A stretch of DNA of 64,000 nt from Acidobacteriota bacterium (GTDB lineage Bacteria; Acidobacteriota; Terriglobia; Terriglobales; Acidobacteriaceae), in assembly GCA_028876395.1 (NCBI GenBank), contig JAGWRX010000025.1:4789-68788 (forward strand), read 5' to 3'. The number at the start of each line of letters is the position of its first letter. Within the stretch, counting starts at the first letter, position 1. Position numbers and translations under genes: made by a program. Under the pieces are notes generated by a model. That model was given only the letters and a program-made list of their open reading frames with translations, searched no databases and had not been told where the DNA came from. Shown here in pieces: positions 9,479 through 19,498 of the stretch.

Positions 9479-11704
9479 TTGACGCGTTCAGCCGCTTTGC
9501 TGCTCCCGGCCGTTTTCGCATTCCCGCTCATCGCCGTTCCACTTGCCGCCCAGGCTCCTTCGGTTCCGCTGACCGTGGAGAAGATCTTCGCGCATGGCCC
9601 ACTTACCGGGACACCGCCGGAGGGTCTGGCCTGGTCGCCGGACGGGCAGCATCTGACGTATCGCGACGGGGACGAGTTGATCGACCTGGACCCCGGCTCC
9701 GGCAAGCCGCACGTTCTGGTGAGCCGCGCCAAGCTGGCCTCCCTTTCCGGAGTCGCGGCCTCTGAGCAGGACCGCGACCATCGCAGCCGCTACGGCCAGG
9801 CCAGCTATCTTTGGTCGCCGGGCGCGAAACACCTGCTCTTCGACTCCAACGGACGCCTGTGGCTCTATGACCTGCGCAATGGCACAGGCGTGCAGATCGC
9901 CTTTACCGGCCAGGCTTCCGGCGACGACCCAAAGTTCTCGCCGAACGGTGAAGCCATTTCGTTCATCAAGGGTCACGGGCTGGCCGTGGTGCATCTGCAC
10001 GAGGACGGAACCCCCACGGAGATCGTGGCTCCCGCGCCTAATCCCGCGACCCTCAGCGGCGAGGTGGACTGGGTGTATGCGGAGGAAATGGAGACGCGCA
10101 GCAACTACTTCTGGGCGCCGGACTCGAAGAATCTGGCCTTTCTGCAGATGAATGAAGCCAGCGTGCCGCTCTACCCCATCACCGACTGGATTCCGACACA
10201 CGCCAGGGTACAGTTGCAGCGCTACCCGCAGGCCGGCGACAGCAACCCCGACGTCCGGGTGGGCGTGGTGGGCGCCGATGGAGGCAAGACGGTGTGGGTC
10301 AGGCTGCCCATCCAGGCCGGCCAGGACTACATTCCGCGCTTCGGCTGGGCAGACCGCAGGACGCTGTGGATCGAAACCCTCTCCCGCGACCACAAGCACA
10401 GGGATCTCTATTTTGCCGATGCCGCAACGGGCCAGGCGCACACGGCGCTTGAGCTGAGCGACGACAAGTTCGTGGACGATAACTACAACGTCTTTGTGGC
10501 CGACGGCAGCATTGTCCTTTCCCACTGGAGCGATGGCCACAACCACATCTATCTCTACAGCTACGACGAGAGTAATCTTGCGACGACTACCGCAAAGCTG
10601 GAGCGGCAACTGACCAGGGGCGAATTTGAGGTTGCAGCAATCTATCGCGTCGATCATGCGCACAAGCTGGTCTACTACGCCTCCAACGAAGGCAACGTGC
10701 TGGAGCAGCAGATCTGGCAGGTGAGCTTTGACGGGGACCGCAGGCAGCTGAGCACGGGCGCGGGAAATCATGAAGGCACGTTTTCGCCCGCAAGCGGCGA
10801 CTTTGCCGACAAGTTCTCTTCGCGCATGAGCCCGCCCGCGCTGCAGCTATGCCAGGCGAAAGGCAAGTGCAGCATCTTCTGGGAAACGCACGCGCTCGAC
10901 CCCTATGGGCTGCGCGCGCCAGAGCAGCTTGAGGTGAAGGCGCAGGACGGCTCCAGGCTGTATGCCACTCTGCTGCTTCCCGCCGGCGCCGGTGGCGCGG
11001 CAAGCGTGCCGCTGATCGTGAATCCCTATGGCGGGCCGGGACCGCAGGAGGTAGCCGACCGCTGGGACGATGCTTTGCTCTTTGACGAGCTGCTGGCGCA
11101 GCATGGCTTTGCCGTGCTGCACGCCGACAACCGGGGCACAGGAATGCGCGGCCGCGCGTTTGCCCAGGCGGCGTATCACAACTTCGGCCCGGTGCAGCTT
11201 GAGGATCAGCTGGCGGTGGTGGATGCCGCGCTGGCCCGGTATCCGCAGCTGGATGCGAAGCGCCTGGGCTGGTGGGGCTGGAGCTGGGGCGGCACGTTTA
11301 CGCTCTACGCGATGACGCACTCCGATCGCTTTCGCGCAGGAGTGTCAGTAGCTCCGGTGACGGACTGGCGCAACTACGACTCCATCTACACCGAGCGCTA
11401 CATGAGTCAGCCCTCGGAGTTCCCAGAGGGATACAAGAACTTCTCGGTGGTCAACTCGGCGGCCCGTCTCCACGGACGCCTGCTGCTCGTTCACGGCACG
11501 GGCGATGACAATGTACACATGGAGAACTCGGTGCAGTTCGTCCAGGAGCTGATCGAGGCCGGCATTCCCTATGACCTGCAGCTCTACCCGCGCAAGACGC
11601 ACTCCATCGCCGGGCCGGATGTGCGAACGCATCTCTACAACCGCATCCTGGCGCAATTTGAGCAGTACCTGATGCCGCCGGTCATCGCGAAATCGGGCGA
11701 ATGA
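9479..11704 (+). CDS. S9B dipeptidyl peptidase IV-like protein, exported
   Basis: GGAGG before TTG 9479; signal peptide; DWVYAEE, YGGPG, GWSWGG nucleophile elbow, HGTGDDNVH, YPRKTH. Confidence 0.93.
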   Translation: MTRSAALLLPAVFAFPLIAVPLAAQAPSVPLTVEKIFAHGPLTGTPPEGLAWSPDGQHLTYRDGDELIDLDPGSGKPHVLVSRAKLASLSGVAASEQDRDHRSRYGQASYLWSPGAKHLLFDSNGRLWLYDLRNGTGVQIAFTGQASGDDPKFSPNGEAISFIKGHGLAVVHLHEDGTPTEIVAPAPNPATLSGEVDWVYAEEMETRSNYFWAPDSKNLAFLQMNEASVPLYPITDWIPTHARVQLQRYPQAGDSNPDVRVGVVGADGGKTVWVRLPIQAGQDYIPRFGWADRRTLWIETLSRDHKHRDLYFADAATGQAHTALELSDDKFVDDNYNVFVADGSIVLSHWSDGHNHIYLYSYDESNLATTTAKLERQLTRGEFEVAAIYRVDHAHKLVYYASNEGNVLEQQIWQVSFDGDRRQLSTGAGNHEGTFSPASGDFADKFSSRMSPPALQLCQAKGKCSIFWETHALDPYGLRAPEQLEVKAQDGSRLYATLLLPAGAGGAASVPLIVNPYGGPGPQEVADRWDDALLFDELLAQHGFAVLHADNRGTGMRGRAFAQAAYHNFGPVQLEDQLAVVDAALARYPQLDAKRLGWWGWSWGGTFTLYAMTHSDRFRAGVSVAPVTDWRNYDSIYTERYMSQPSEFPEGYKNFSVVNSAARLHGRLLLVHGTGDDNVHMENSVQFVQELIEAGIPYDLQLYPRKTHSIAGPDVRTHLYNRILAQFEQYLMPPVIAKSGE

Positions 11705-11786
11705 GCTGATCTGCCTGTCGATGTGTTGTGATGCGATGCGCGCATATTACCAATGGCGCGGCTCTGAGAGGGGAAGCGCGGAAGCG

Positions 11787-11951
11787 CTAGACATGGTGGC
11801 GGAAGAGGTCGTCCTTATCGCGGCACGGGCATTTCGTACATTCCAGGCAGCAGACAAGCAGGACCGCCACACCCACAGTCACAAGGATGGCCAGGATATC
11901 CGCGTTTGCCGCAAACCAGCGAACCACGATATGCATCAGAATATTGCCCAT
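11787..11951 (-). CDS. Possible small membrane protein with Cys cluster
   Basis: GGAG upstream of ATG 11951; TM helix ILAILVTVGVAVLLV followed by CCLECTKCPC. Confidence 0.4.
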   Translation of the reverse strand: MGNILMHIVVRWFAANADILAILVTVGVAVLLVCCLECTKCPCRDKDDLFRHHV

Positions 11952-12075
11952 AAAATCCACTCCAAAACCTGAGCGTGAGAACAGCATCGCAGTCGCTCGC
12001 GCGAGCTTCGGAGCGCCGGTACCCCGGCGAGACAAGTGTACCACCGGCGAATATGCGCTGCCACGCGCATTTCTC

Positions 12076-12104
12076 TTGCATTAAGGAGAATAAAAGGCGA
12101 AAAT
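12076..12104 (+). promoter_or_regulatory. Putative sigma70 promoter with LexA-like direct repeat in the spacer
   Basis: TTGCAT-N17-GAAAAT, 8 nt before ATG; GAAT-N7-GAAA at 12088-12102 resembles the GAAC-N7-GAAC box. Confidence 0.4.
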
Positions 12105-12112
12105 TATTGCGT

Positions 12113-13504
12113 ATGGAAACCGGCCCCATTCCCGCGCCGGCGCTCCTCCCGGAGGAGTGGCCGGAGGATCTCCAATGCCTGGAGAGGGATGCCGCGCGCG
12201 CGCCGCGAGAGCCAGATTCCGGCCCTGACCCCGTGCCTTGCCTCAACTGGCTCTTCGTCGATTTGAACTCCTACTTTGCCTCGGTTGAGCAGGAGGTGCG
12301 GCCGGAACTGCGCGGGCGACCGGTGGGCGTAGTGCCCATGATGGCCGACACAACCTGTTGCATTGCAGCCAGTTACGAGGCAAAGGCGCACGGCGTGAAG
12401 ACCGGAACCATCGTCGCCGACGCTAAAAGGATGTGTCCGGGGCTGGTGCTGGTGGAGGCGCGCCACGAAATCTACGTCGAATATCATCACCGCATCGTGG
12501 AGGCGGTGGAGAGCTGCCTGCCGGTGACGGCCGTGCTCTCCATCGACGAAATGGCCTGTCGGCTGATGGGCCGCGAGCGCCCCCTTCTGGCTGCGCTGGA
12601 GCTGGGCCGCAAGGTAAAGGCGCGCATCCGGGAAAAGGTCGGAATCACCCTGCGCAGCTCTGTTGGCCTCGCCACCAACCGCTACCTGGCCAAGGTGGCC
12701 AGCGACATGGAAAAGCCCGACGGGCTGGTTGCGCTGCCTCTCGACATTCTGCCCGAAGCCTTGCGGCAGCTCACGCTGCGCGACCTGCCGGGCATTGGCG
12801 CGCGTACTGAGAAAAGGCTCAATGACAAGGGCATCTGCACCATGGACGACCTGCTGGCACTGGACTGCGAGAAGGCGGGCGAGCTGTGGGGCTCAGTGTG
12901 GGGAGAGCGGCTGTGGCACTGGCTGCGCGGCGAAGACTTTGACATGGCGGAGACCGAGCACCTGAAGTCGCTGAGCCATCAGCACGTGCTGGCTCCGGAG
13001 ATGCGCACGCCGGAGAAGGCTTGGGCCGTGGCCCACAAGCTGCTGCACAAGGCGGCCATGCGGCTGCGGTCGGGCGGCCTGTGGGCCAGTGGCATCGGGC
13101 TGGCCGTGGGGTTTGCGGTTCCGCGCGGCCAGAACGTTCCAGTCAGCCGCTTTGGCGTGCCCACGCGCGGATGGCATGGCGATCTGCGCCTGAGCGAGTG
13201 CCAGGACAACCCGACGCTGATTGCCGCGCTGCGCCGGCTGTGGGAGTCGCGTCCCACGGGCCCGGAGTTTGACCAGCCCTACTTTATCGGAGTGCATCTC
13301 AACGGCCTCGTTCCCGACCGTCTGCACTCGCTGAACCTCTTTGACGAGCTGGACGGCGCGAAGAGCCGTACGAAGCTGCTGGCCACCATGGATGCGCTGA
13401 ATCACAAGTACGGCATGAGCACGCTGGCCCCGGCGACGATGCTGACTGCTTTCAAGGCCGCGCCCACGCGCATCGCCTTCCACAGCATCCCTGAGCTTTT
13501 CTGA
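12113..13504 (+). CDS. dinB: Y-family DNA polymerase (Pol IV/DinB-like)
   Basis: FVDLNSYFASVEQ, AASYEAK, SIDEM catalytic motif, LAKVASDMEKPDG, LPGIG helix-hairpin-helix. Confidence 0.85.
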   Translation: METGPIPAPALLPEEWPEDLQCLERDAARAPREPDSGPDPVPCLNWLFVDLNSYFASVEQEVRPELRGRPVGVVPMMADTTCCIAASYEAKAHGVKTGTIVADAKRMCPGLVLVEARHEIYVEYHHRIVEAVESCLPVTAVLSIDEMACRLMGRERPLLAALELGRKVKARIREKVGITLRSSVGLATNRYLAKVASDMEKPDGLVALPLDILPEALRQLTLRDLPGIGARTEKRLNDKGICTMDDLLALDCEKAGELWGSVWGERLWHWLRGEDFDMAETEHLKSLSHQHVLAPEMRTPEKAWAVAHKLLHKAAMRLRSGGLWASGIGLAVGFAVPRGQNVPVSRFGVPTRGWHGDLRLSECQDNPTLIAALRRLWESRPTGPEFDQPYFIGVHLNGLVPDRLHSLNLFDELDGAKSRTKLLATMDALNHKYGMSTLAPATMLTAFKAAPTRIAFHSIPELF

Positions 13505-13542
13505 GGTGCTCGCGGAACTCCGCGCTCCGCGAGTTGGCAGGC

Positions 13543-14097
13543 TTAATCCGCCTTGAGTGCAGGCCCGACAAGTTCTACCTCGTATCTGCGAAAGAACGCG
13601 GCATCCTGCATGGGTGGATTGGGAATGGCGGTGTCGCGGAAGAACTGCTCCATCTTTCCCGCAGGGCTGAAGGCGATGAGCATGCGCCCCGGCCTTCCAC
13701 CCACCGGCAAGAAGGTGTGCGGAATATTGCGCGGTCCCAGAATCGAGTCTCCCGAGTGCAGCGTTCGTCTGGTGTCGCCAATCTGGAACAGCACCTCGCC
13801 CTCCATCACATAAAAATATTCTTCCTGGTGCAGGTGCAGATGAAGCGGCGGGCCACCTTTCATCAGGTTGTGGTGCTCGATGACGAACAGGTTGCCGCTT
13901 GTTTCGCGCGGCAGGACTTTGAAGAGGATGGCGCTGTATCCGCGCGAGTGCGATTCTCCGAGCCGGTCCTGCCCGTTGGGGACAAGATGGATCTGACCGG
14001 GAGATGAAGAGGTGTGGGTCTCGTCGAGCGCGAAGGACTGGAGCCCTGCGGCGGGGAAGAGCGCGGCTGCGGTCTTGAGGAAGGAACGGCGCTTCAT
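13543..14097 (-). CDS. Cupin domain protein with Tat signal
   Basis: MKRRSFLK; GGPPLHLHLHQEEYFYVMEG and GPRNIPHTF cupin motifs. Confidence 0.88.
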   Translation of the reverse strand: MKRRSFLKTAAALFPAAGLQSFALDETHTSSSPGQIHLVPNGQDRLGESHSRGYSAILFKVLPRETSGNLFVIEHHNLMKGGPPLHLHLHQEEYFYVMEGEVLFQIGDTRRTLHSGDSILGPRNIPHTFLPVGGRPGRMLIAFSPAGKMEQFFRDTAIPNPPMQDAAFFRRYEVELVGPALKAD

Positions 14098-14273
14098 GGG
14101 TTCTCCTATCGATGGTGAAACATTGAAACCGGTAGCGGCACGACTGAGCGTGGATGCTGAGATCGTGTGCTGGGAAGAGGAGGGAAGGTTGGCCGCAAGT
14201 CTATCCGAAGGAAAGCAGCCTCACAATGGTTTTTTTGCGATGAGAACTGCGCCCTCGCTGCAGGAGCAGCGCC

Positions 14274-15221
14274 CTAGCCCACCGGCACCAGGGCGAGATC
14301 GGGCGGCTTCGGGGGCGGCGCATTCTGCAGGCGGAGAAAGGTCGCTTCAGGGCCGAGGCGGAACGTGGTTTTCTCGGAGTCGAGGCGCAGGAGCAGGTTG
14401 TTCTGGTCAAAGGTTACGGCGAAGTTGCGCATCGCGCAGCCGCCGAAGTTGGCCAGTGGAAAGGCCGGATTGATTTCCACGACGGGCTGATCGAAGGCAT
14501 ACCGGCCCACATGTACATCTGAGCCGAGCCTGCCTGCCATCATCTCGAAGCGCGTGGAGAGCGATTCGCCGATGGCAAAGACCGCGGGGTCCGACACGAA
14601 TTTGAGTTGAGATGCAATCTGCCGGGGCAGGCTGAGGCCGATGCCCCCGGAGTCAAACTGCGCTTCCACGCGCATGCCGTTAATCCGCAGGGGAACGATG
14701 GGCACGCCATCGGGCATGCGGAAAGGCAGCACGGAGCGCTCGCCATCGGGCGCAAGCGAGCCGGGCGCAAGGTTCATGCGCTGGTTGGGATAGTCAAGCT
14801 TGAGCAGGTAATCGCGAAAGAGCGTGAAGCCGAGCAGTCCCTGGCAGGTGGAGTCTTCAGCAGCGAGCCCGTGCCGGATGGCTTTAACGCCGGTGAACTC
14901 GACACCGGCAACGTTGAGGGAGTCGATCAGAAGAATCTGCGCGCGCTGCTCGCCCTGTCCGCTGGGGTCGGTGAGCCGGGCCTGACCGACTATGGGCAGC
15001 GCCAACTGGTCTGCCAGCGCGGAGGTTACCAGCGCCTGCCCGCCGGTACCGGTATCAATCACAAACCGGAACGGCCCTTTGCCGTTGACCATGACCATGA
15101 CGTACGGCTTGCCGTGGATCACTTCCATTCGAGTGAAATGGCTCTGCAATTGCGCGCAGGCGGGCAGGGCTGCAACCGCCAGCAGGATTGCGCATCCGTT
15201 CAGTCTGGTCAGGAAAGGCAT
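14274..15221 (-). CDS. Exported retropepsin-like aspartyl protease with two domains
   Basis: VMVNGKGPFRFVIDTG and AQFDSG motifs; GLLG; signal peptide. Confidence 0.85.
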   Translation of the reverse strand: MPFLTRLNGCAILLAVAALPACAQLQSHFTRMEVIHGKPYVMVMVNGKGPFRFVIDTGTGGQALVTSALADQLALPIVGQARLTDPSGQGEQRAQILLIDSLNVAGVEFTGVKAIRHGLAAEDSTCQGLLGFTLFRDYLLKLDYPNQRMNLAPGSLAPDGERSVLPFRMPDGVPIVPLRINGMRVEAQFDSGGIGLSLPRQIASQLKFVSDPAVFAIGESLSTRFEMMAGRLGSDVHVGRYAFDQPVVEINPAFPLANFGGCAMRNFAVTFDQNNLLLRLDSEKTTFRLGPEATFLRLQNAPPPKPPDLALVPVG

Positions 15222-15476
15222 AGTGCCCTCCTTTCACGCGCCCCGGAATCTGCCTGGCGGCTGTTTCCCTTCCGCCCTGGGGTGAACGGCTCCACGCTCC
15301 GCGAGTTCGTGCTGGGGAAGTCCCTCGAGAGCTGCCGGCGCGAGTGAGTTTCCGGCCTTCTTGCAGTTAAATAGTACGCCTGATTCGGGTGGTTGGTTCC
15401 GTCAGAATCGGTGATTCGGGACCGGTTCGCCTTGCCCGCGAGGCGGTGCCGTGGCTTCGCTCTACAATGGTCCCGT

Positions 15477-16538
15477 ATGCCAACCGCAGTCCGCTCGCAC
15501 GCGAAGATCAACCTTGGCCTCGGTATCGGAGCGCCGCGCCCTGACGGGTTCCATGCGCTTGTCACCGTATACCAGACGCTGGAACTGTATGACGCGGTGA
15601 CGGTTACGGCCAGACTGGCGCCGGAGACCAAACTGCGGCTGACGTCGAACGACCGGCGCGTTCCCACCGACGCCCGCAATACCGCGTGGAAGATGATTTC
15701 TCTGGTTCTGGAAAACCTGGGCATGACGGCCGCGGTGGAAATTCATATTGAGAAGCGGTTGCCGGTGCAGGGTGGACTTGGCGCAGGGTCGGCGAATGCG
15801 GCGGCAGCGCTGGTGGGGCTGGAGGCGGAGCTGGGATTTACGGGCCATCGAGCCAGCCAGTCAGCGGGGCGCTTGGCGGCCAACTGGCCGGCCCAGCGGC
15901 TGGAGATTGCCGCGCAAGTAGGTTCAGATGTGCCGCTGTTTCTGATTGGCGGAACGGTGCTGGGCCTCGACCGGGGACAGGAGGTCTACCCGCTGCCGGA
16001 CATCGAGCCGCTCTGGTGCGTGGTGGCCACGCCCGCCGTCGGCGTCTCCACACCGCAGGCCTTTCGCGACTGGGACGCCCTCTGCGCCGCCGAGGGTTTG
16101 ACCGCGGAGGCCGGTGCCGATAAACTGAATGAGTTGAGCCGCGCCTACGCCAGCGCCTTTGCGGGAGCAATCCCCGGGGCACGGCAGGGAGCAGGCTCCT
16201 CCGGTGTCGTTTCCGTGGGAGACGACCTGGCCGGACCACAAGAGTCCGCGCTTGTCCGCACCGGGATCACGAGCTGGATAGAGAACGACTTCGAACGTGT
16301 CGTTTTTGCCCAGCATCCTTCCCTTGGCGAAATCAAGCGTCTTCTTGCGGCTTCGGGCACACCGGAGGCGGCCCTCCATGCCTCGCTGTCCGGGTCCGGT
16401 TCGGCGCTCTTCGGGTTGTACCTGACCCGCGGAGCTGCGGAAGCGGCCCGGGAACGGTTGCAGGCGGCGGGCGTTGAGAGCTTGTTGACGCGCACCCTGC
16501 CACGACCGGCCTACTGGGGTGAAATGCTTCTGCCATAA
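15477..16538 (+). CDS. ispE: 4-diphosphocytidyl-2-C-methyl-D-erythritol kinase
   Basis: AKINLGL, IEKRLPVQGGLGAGSANAAA, GSDVPLF, LSGSGSALFG; followed by tRNA-Gln and prs. Confidence 0.95.
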   Translation: MPTAVRSHAKINLGLGIGAPRPDGFHALVTVYQTLELYDAVTVTARLAPETKLRLTSNDRRVPTDARNTAWKMISLVLENLGMTAAVEIHIEKRLPVQGGLGAGSANAAAALVGLEAELGFTGHRASQSAGRLAANWPAQRLEIAAQVGSDVPLFLIGGTVLGLDRGQEVYPLPDIEPLWCVVATPAVGVSTPQAFRDWDALCAAEGLTAEAGADKLNELSRAYASAFAGAIPGARQGAGSSGVVSVGDDLAGPQESALVRTGITSWIENDFERVVFAQHPSLGEIKRLLAASGTPEAALHASLSGSGSALFGLYLTRGAAEAARERLQAAGVESLLTRTLPRPAYWGEMLLP

Positions 16539-16625
16539 GCATGTTGACAGTCCACCTTTGCGGGAGAGAGACTCGCGGACGGCTGTCGGATGCGGCTCAT
16601 GGATGAGGAATCGGGGCCGCGGTGT

Positions 16626-16699
16626 TGGGCGATCGTCTAATGGTAGGACAGTGCCCTTTGGAGGCACTTGTCTAGGTTCGAATCCTAGTCGCCCAGCCA
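16626..16699 (+). tRNA. tRNA-Gln(TTG)
   Basis: Acceptor TGGGCGA/TCGCCCA, anticodon arm GTGCC-CTTTGGA-GGCAC, T-loop GTTCGAATC, encoded CCA. Confidence 0.97.
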
Positions 16700-16758
16700 A
16701 AATTTGAATGATGCACCGGGAAAGCAGCCAAAGCCAACCAGCTTGGAGGACCTCGGAC

Positions 16759-17874
16759 ATGGAAGCAGTGACTGTGACGCTGACGACGGAAGAGACGCAA
16801 CAGGAAAGCGGAGCGGGCGAGACGCGCCAGAACACGGCGAAGGACGCAGCGGCTGGTGCCGCACCGGAGACCGCAGGCAGGGCGAAGGAGGCCAAGCCTG
16901 CCCCCGAGCGTAAGCGTGCCCGCAACCTGAGCGACGACAAACGCTTCAGGCTCTTCAGCGGCACGGCCAACCGGGCGCTCGCCGAGGAGATCGCCAACCA
17001 TATCGGCGTCAAGGTGGGCGAGGCCAAGCTGCAGCGCTTCGCTGATGGCGAGGTCTATTTCCAGCTGCTCGAGAACGTGCGCGGCGTGGATGTGTTTGTG
17101 GTGCAGCCCACCTGCTATCCGGTGGACCAGCACCTGGTGGAGCTTCTGGTCATGGTGGACGCGCTCAAGAGGGCCTCGGCGGCAAGGATTACAGTGGTTG
17201 TGCCGTATTACGGCTATGCCCGCCAGGACCGCAAGGATCGCCCCCGCGTTGCCATCAGCGCCAAGCTCATCGCCGACCTGCTGACCACAGCGGGCGCCAA
17301 CCGCGCCCTTTTTGTGGACCTGCATGCGGCGCAGATTCAGGGCTTTTTCAACATCCCGGTCGATCATCTCTTTGCCAGCCCGGTGCTGGTGAGCTACTTC
17401 CGCGACCTGAACCTGCCCAACCTCATCGTGGTTTCGCCGGATGCGGGCGGCGTGGAGCGGGCGCGCTTCTTCGCGCAGAAGGTGGGAGCGCCGCTGGCCA
17501 TTGTGGACAAGCGCCGCACCGACATCAACGTGACGGAAGTGATGAACGTGATCGGCGATGTTGAAGGCAAAACCTGCCTCATCATTGACGACATTATTGA
17601 TACGGCAGGCACCCTGGTGAAGACCGTGGATGCCCTCTACGCCAACGGCGCGGCGTCTGTATATGCCTGCGCAAGCCATGCCGTGCTTTCGGGCCCGGCC
17701 ATTGACCGCATCGCCAACTCGCGCCTGGAGCAGGTGATTGTAACCAACACCATTCCGCTGCGCGACGCGGCGCAGAAGTTGCCCAAGATTAAAGTGCTCT
17801 CCATCGCCGGCCTGCTGGGCGCGGCCATCGAGAGCATTCACATGGAGACCAGCGTCAGCTCGCTGTTTTCTTGA
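16759..17874 (+). CDS. prs: Ribose-phosphate pyrophosphokinase
   Basis: RFADGE, PYYGYARQDRK, DLHAAQIQGFF, VSPDAGGVERAR, DDIIDTAGT; GGAGG RBS. Confidence 0.97.
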   Translation: MEAVTVTLTTEETQQESGAGETRQNTAKDAAAGAAPETAGRAKEAKPAPERKRARNLSDDKRFRLFSGTANRALAEEIANHIGVKVGEAKLQRFADGEVYFQLLENVRGVDVFVVQPTCYPVDQHLVELLVMVDALKRASAARITVVVPYYGYARQDRKDRPRVAISAKLIADLLTTAGANRALFVDLHAAQIQGFFNIPVDHLFASPVLVSYFRDLNLPNLIVVSPDAGGVERARFFAQKVGAPLAIVDKRRTDINVTEVMNVIGDVEGKTCLIIDDIIDTAGTLVKTVDALYANGAASVYACASHAVLSGPAIDRIANSRLEQVIVTNTIPLRDAAQKLPKIKVLSIAGLLGAAIESIHMETSVSSLFS

Positions 17875-17879
17875 GAGTT

Positions 17880-17997
17880 CAGAGATCAGTGGTCAGAGAT
17901 CAGTACCTCTGGCTGGAATCATCAACCTTTGCCAGCGTCAGGGCCGGTTATCAGCGATTGAAGAGCGTTTCTTCTGATCTCTGACCACTGATCTCTG
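17880..17997. repeat. Perfect 24-bp inverted repeat built from heptamer units
   Basis: CAGAGATCAGTGGTCAGAGATCAG (17880-17903) and CTGATCTCTGACCACTGATCTCTG (17974-17997). Confidence 0.9.
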
Positions 17998-18059
17998 GCC
18001 CCAACAAAGGGAGCGGAGCCCAAATGGCCCGTGCCCGAGACCAAGAAACGAGAGACCGA

Positions 18060-18740
18060 ATGCCTGAAGTCGTAGTAGCCAGGCCCCGTGAGGGCAAGTT
18101 CAACAAGAACGCCGCGCGCCGCGTGCGTCGCGCCGGCAAGATTCCCGCCGTTCTGTATGGCGCCGGCCATGAGCCGGTGGCCGTCGAGGTGGACCCCAAG
18201 CAGATTTCCCGGATTCTCTTCTCCGAGACCGGCCACAACACGATTTTTGATCTCGAGGTGGGCGGCAAGTCCACGGCCAAGGCGATGATCGTCGACTGGC
18301 AGCGCGAGCCGATCAAGGACCAGCTGATCCACATTGACCTGAAGCGTATTGCGCTGGACAAGCCGCTGCGCGTCAGCGTGCGCGTGAAGCTGCTGGGCAC
18401 CCCGGTGGGCGTCAAGTCCTTTGGCGGCATTCTGGACCACGTGCTGCGCGAGGTCGAGATCGAGTGCCTGCCCGCGGACATTCCCAGCCACATCGACGTG
18501 GATGTGACTGAGCTTGGCCTGCACGGCGTGCTGCGCGTGAGCGACCTGCCCCACCTGGACAAGGTCAAGTTCCTGAATGCGGAAGATACAACTGTGGCCC
18601 ACGTCGTCTCGATCCGCGAGGAAGTAGCGCCTGCGGCTGAGGTGGAGGCGGCTGCAGCCGCGGCCGGCACGGCCGAGCCGGAAGTGGCAAAGAAGGGCAA
18701 GGTCGAGACCGAGGCCAAGAAGCCCGAGGCGAAGAAGTAG
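18060..18740 (+). CDS. rplY: 50S ribosomal protein L25 (CTC type)
   Basis: KNAARRVRRAGKIPAVLYG, HIDL, GGILDHVLREVEIECLPADIP. Confidence 0.95.
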   Translation: MPEVVVARPREGKFNKNAARRVRRAGKIPAVLYGAGHEPVAVEVDPKQISRILFSETGHNTIFDLEVGGKSTAKAMIVDWQREPIKDQLIHIDLKRIALDKPLRVSVRVKLLGTPVGVKSFGGILDHVLREVEIECLPADIPSHIDVDVTELGLHGVLRVSDLPHLDKVKFLNAEDTTVAHVVSIREEVAPAAEVEAAAAAAGTAEPEVAKKGKVETEAKKPEAKK

Positions 18741-18743
18741 ACA

Positions 18744-19397
18744 TTGGCCGAGGCAAGCGAGTCCGGCGGGCGTCGCGGCCCCTTTCTGGTGGTGGGTCTT
18801 GGCAACCCCGGCCTCGAATATCTGTGGACGCCGCATAACGCGGGGTTCATGGCAATTGACCGCATCGCCCGGCAGGAGGGCGTTGTGGTGCAGAACCGGC
18901 GCTGCCGGGCCACCACCGCAACCTGCCGCATGGCAGGGCGCGAGGTGGTGCTGGCCAAGCCGGAGACATTCATGAACCTGAGCGGGGCTTCAGTGGCCGC
19001 TCTGGTGCGGGAGTTTGAGGCGGACCCGGCGCGGGATCTGCTCGTGATTTACGACGAGCTGGACCTGGCGCTGGGGAGCTTCAAGATCAGGGAGCGCGGT
19101 TCGCCGGCGGGCCACAACGGAGCCCGCAGCGTGACCTCCGCCCTGGGCAGCCAGGAATGGCTGCGCCTGCGGATTGGCGTGGGGTCGAATCTTCCACCCG
19201 AGGCGGTAGCCGCCGGCGGAGGCAAACGGCCAGGCAGGGATTACCTGCTTTCGCCCATGCGCAAGGCGGAGTTGACGGTGCTGGACGAGGTGCTGGACCG
19301 GGTGGCAACGGCCACGCGGCGCATCATCGAGGACGGCCCGGGACCCGCGATGAACGAGTTCAACCGCCGCGAGCGAAACGGCCCGGCGGAGCAGTAA
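18744..19397 (+). CDS. pth: Peptidyl-tRNA hydrolase
   Basis: LVVGLGNPG, HNAGF, KPETFMNLSG, YDELDL, GHNG, RLRIGVG. Confidence 0.96.
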   Translation: MAEASESGGRRGPFLVVGLGNPGLEYLWTPHNAGFMAIDRIARQEGVVVQNRRCRATTATCRMAGREVVLAKPETFMNLSGASVAALVREFEADPARDLLVIYDELDLALGSFKIRERGSPAGHNGARSVTSALGSQEWLRLRIGVGSNLPPEAVAAGGGKRPGRDYLLSPMRKAELTVLDEVLDRVATATRRIIEDGPGPAMNEFNRRERNGPAEQ

Positions 19398-19498
19398 CAG
19401 CAGGGATTGAAAGACACCCTGCGCAAGAGAGATGGCCGCTATGGTTTTTGCCGGCGGCAGCGGCTGGAGCAAGCAGTTCCAGCGGAAAAGGAAACCGG

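Noticed and set aside
17880-17997. CRISPR array
   Set aside because: Only two inverted arms of short heptamers, no repeat-spacer periodicity and no cas genes; no array seen anywhere in the window
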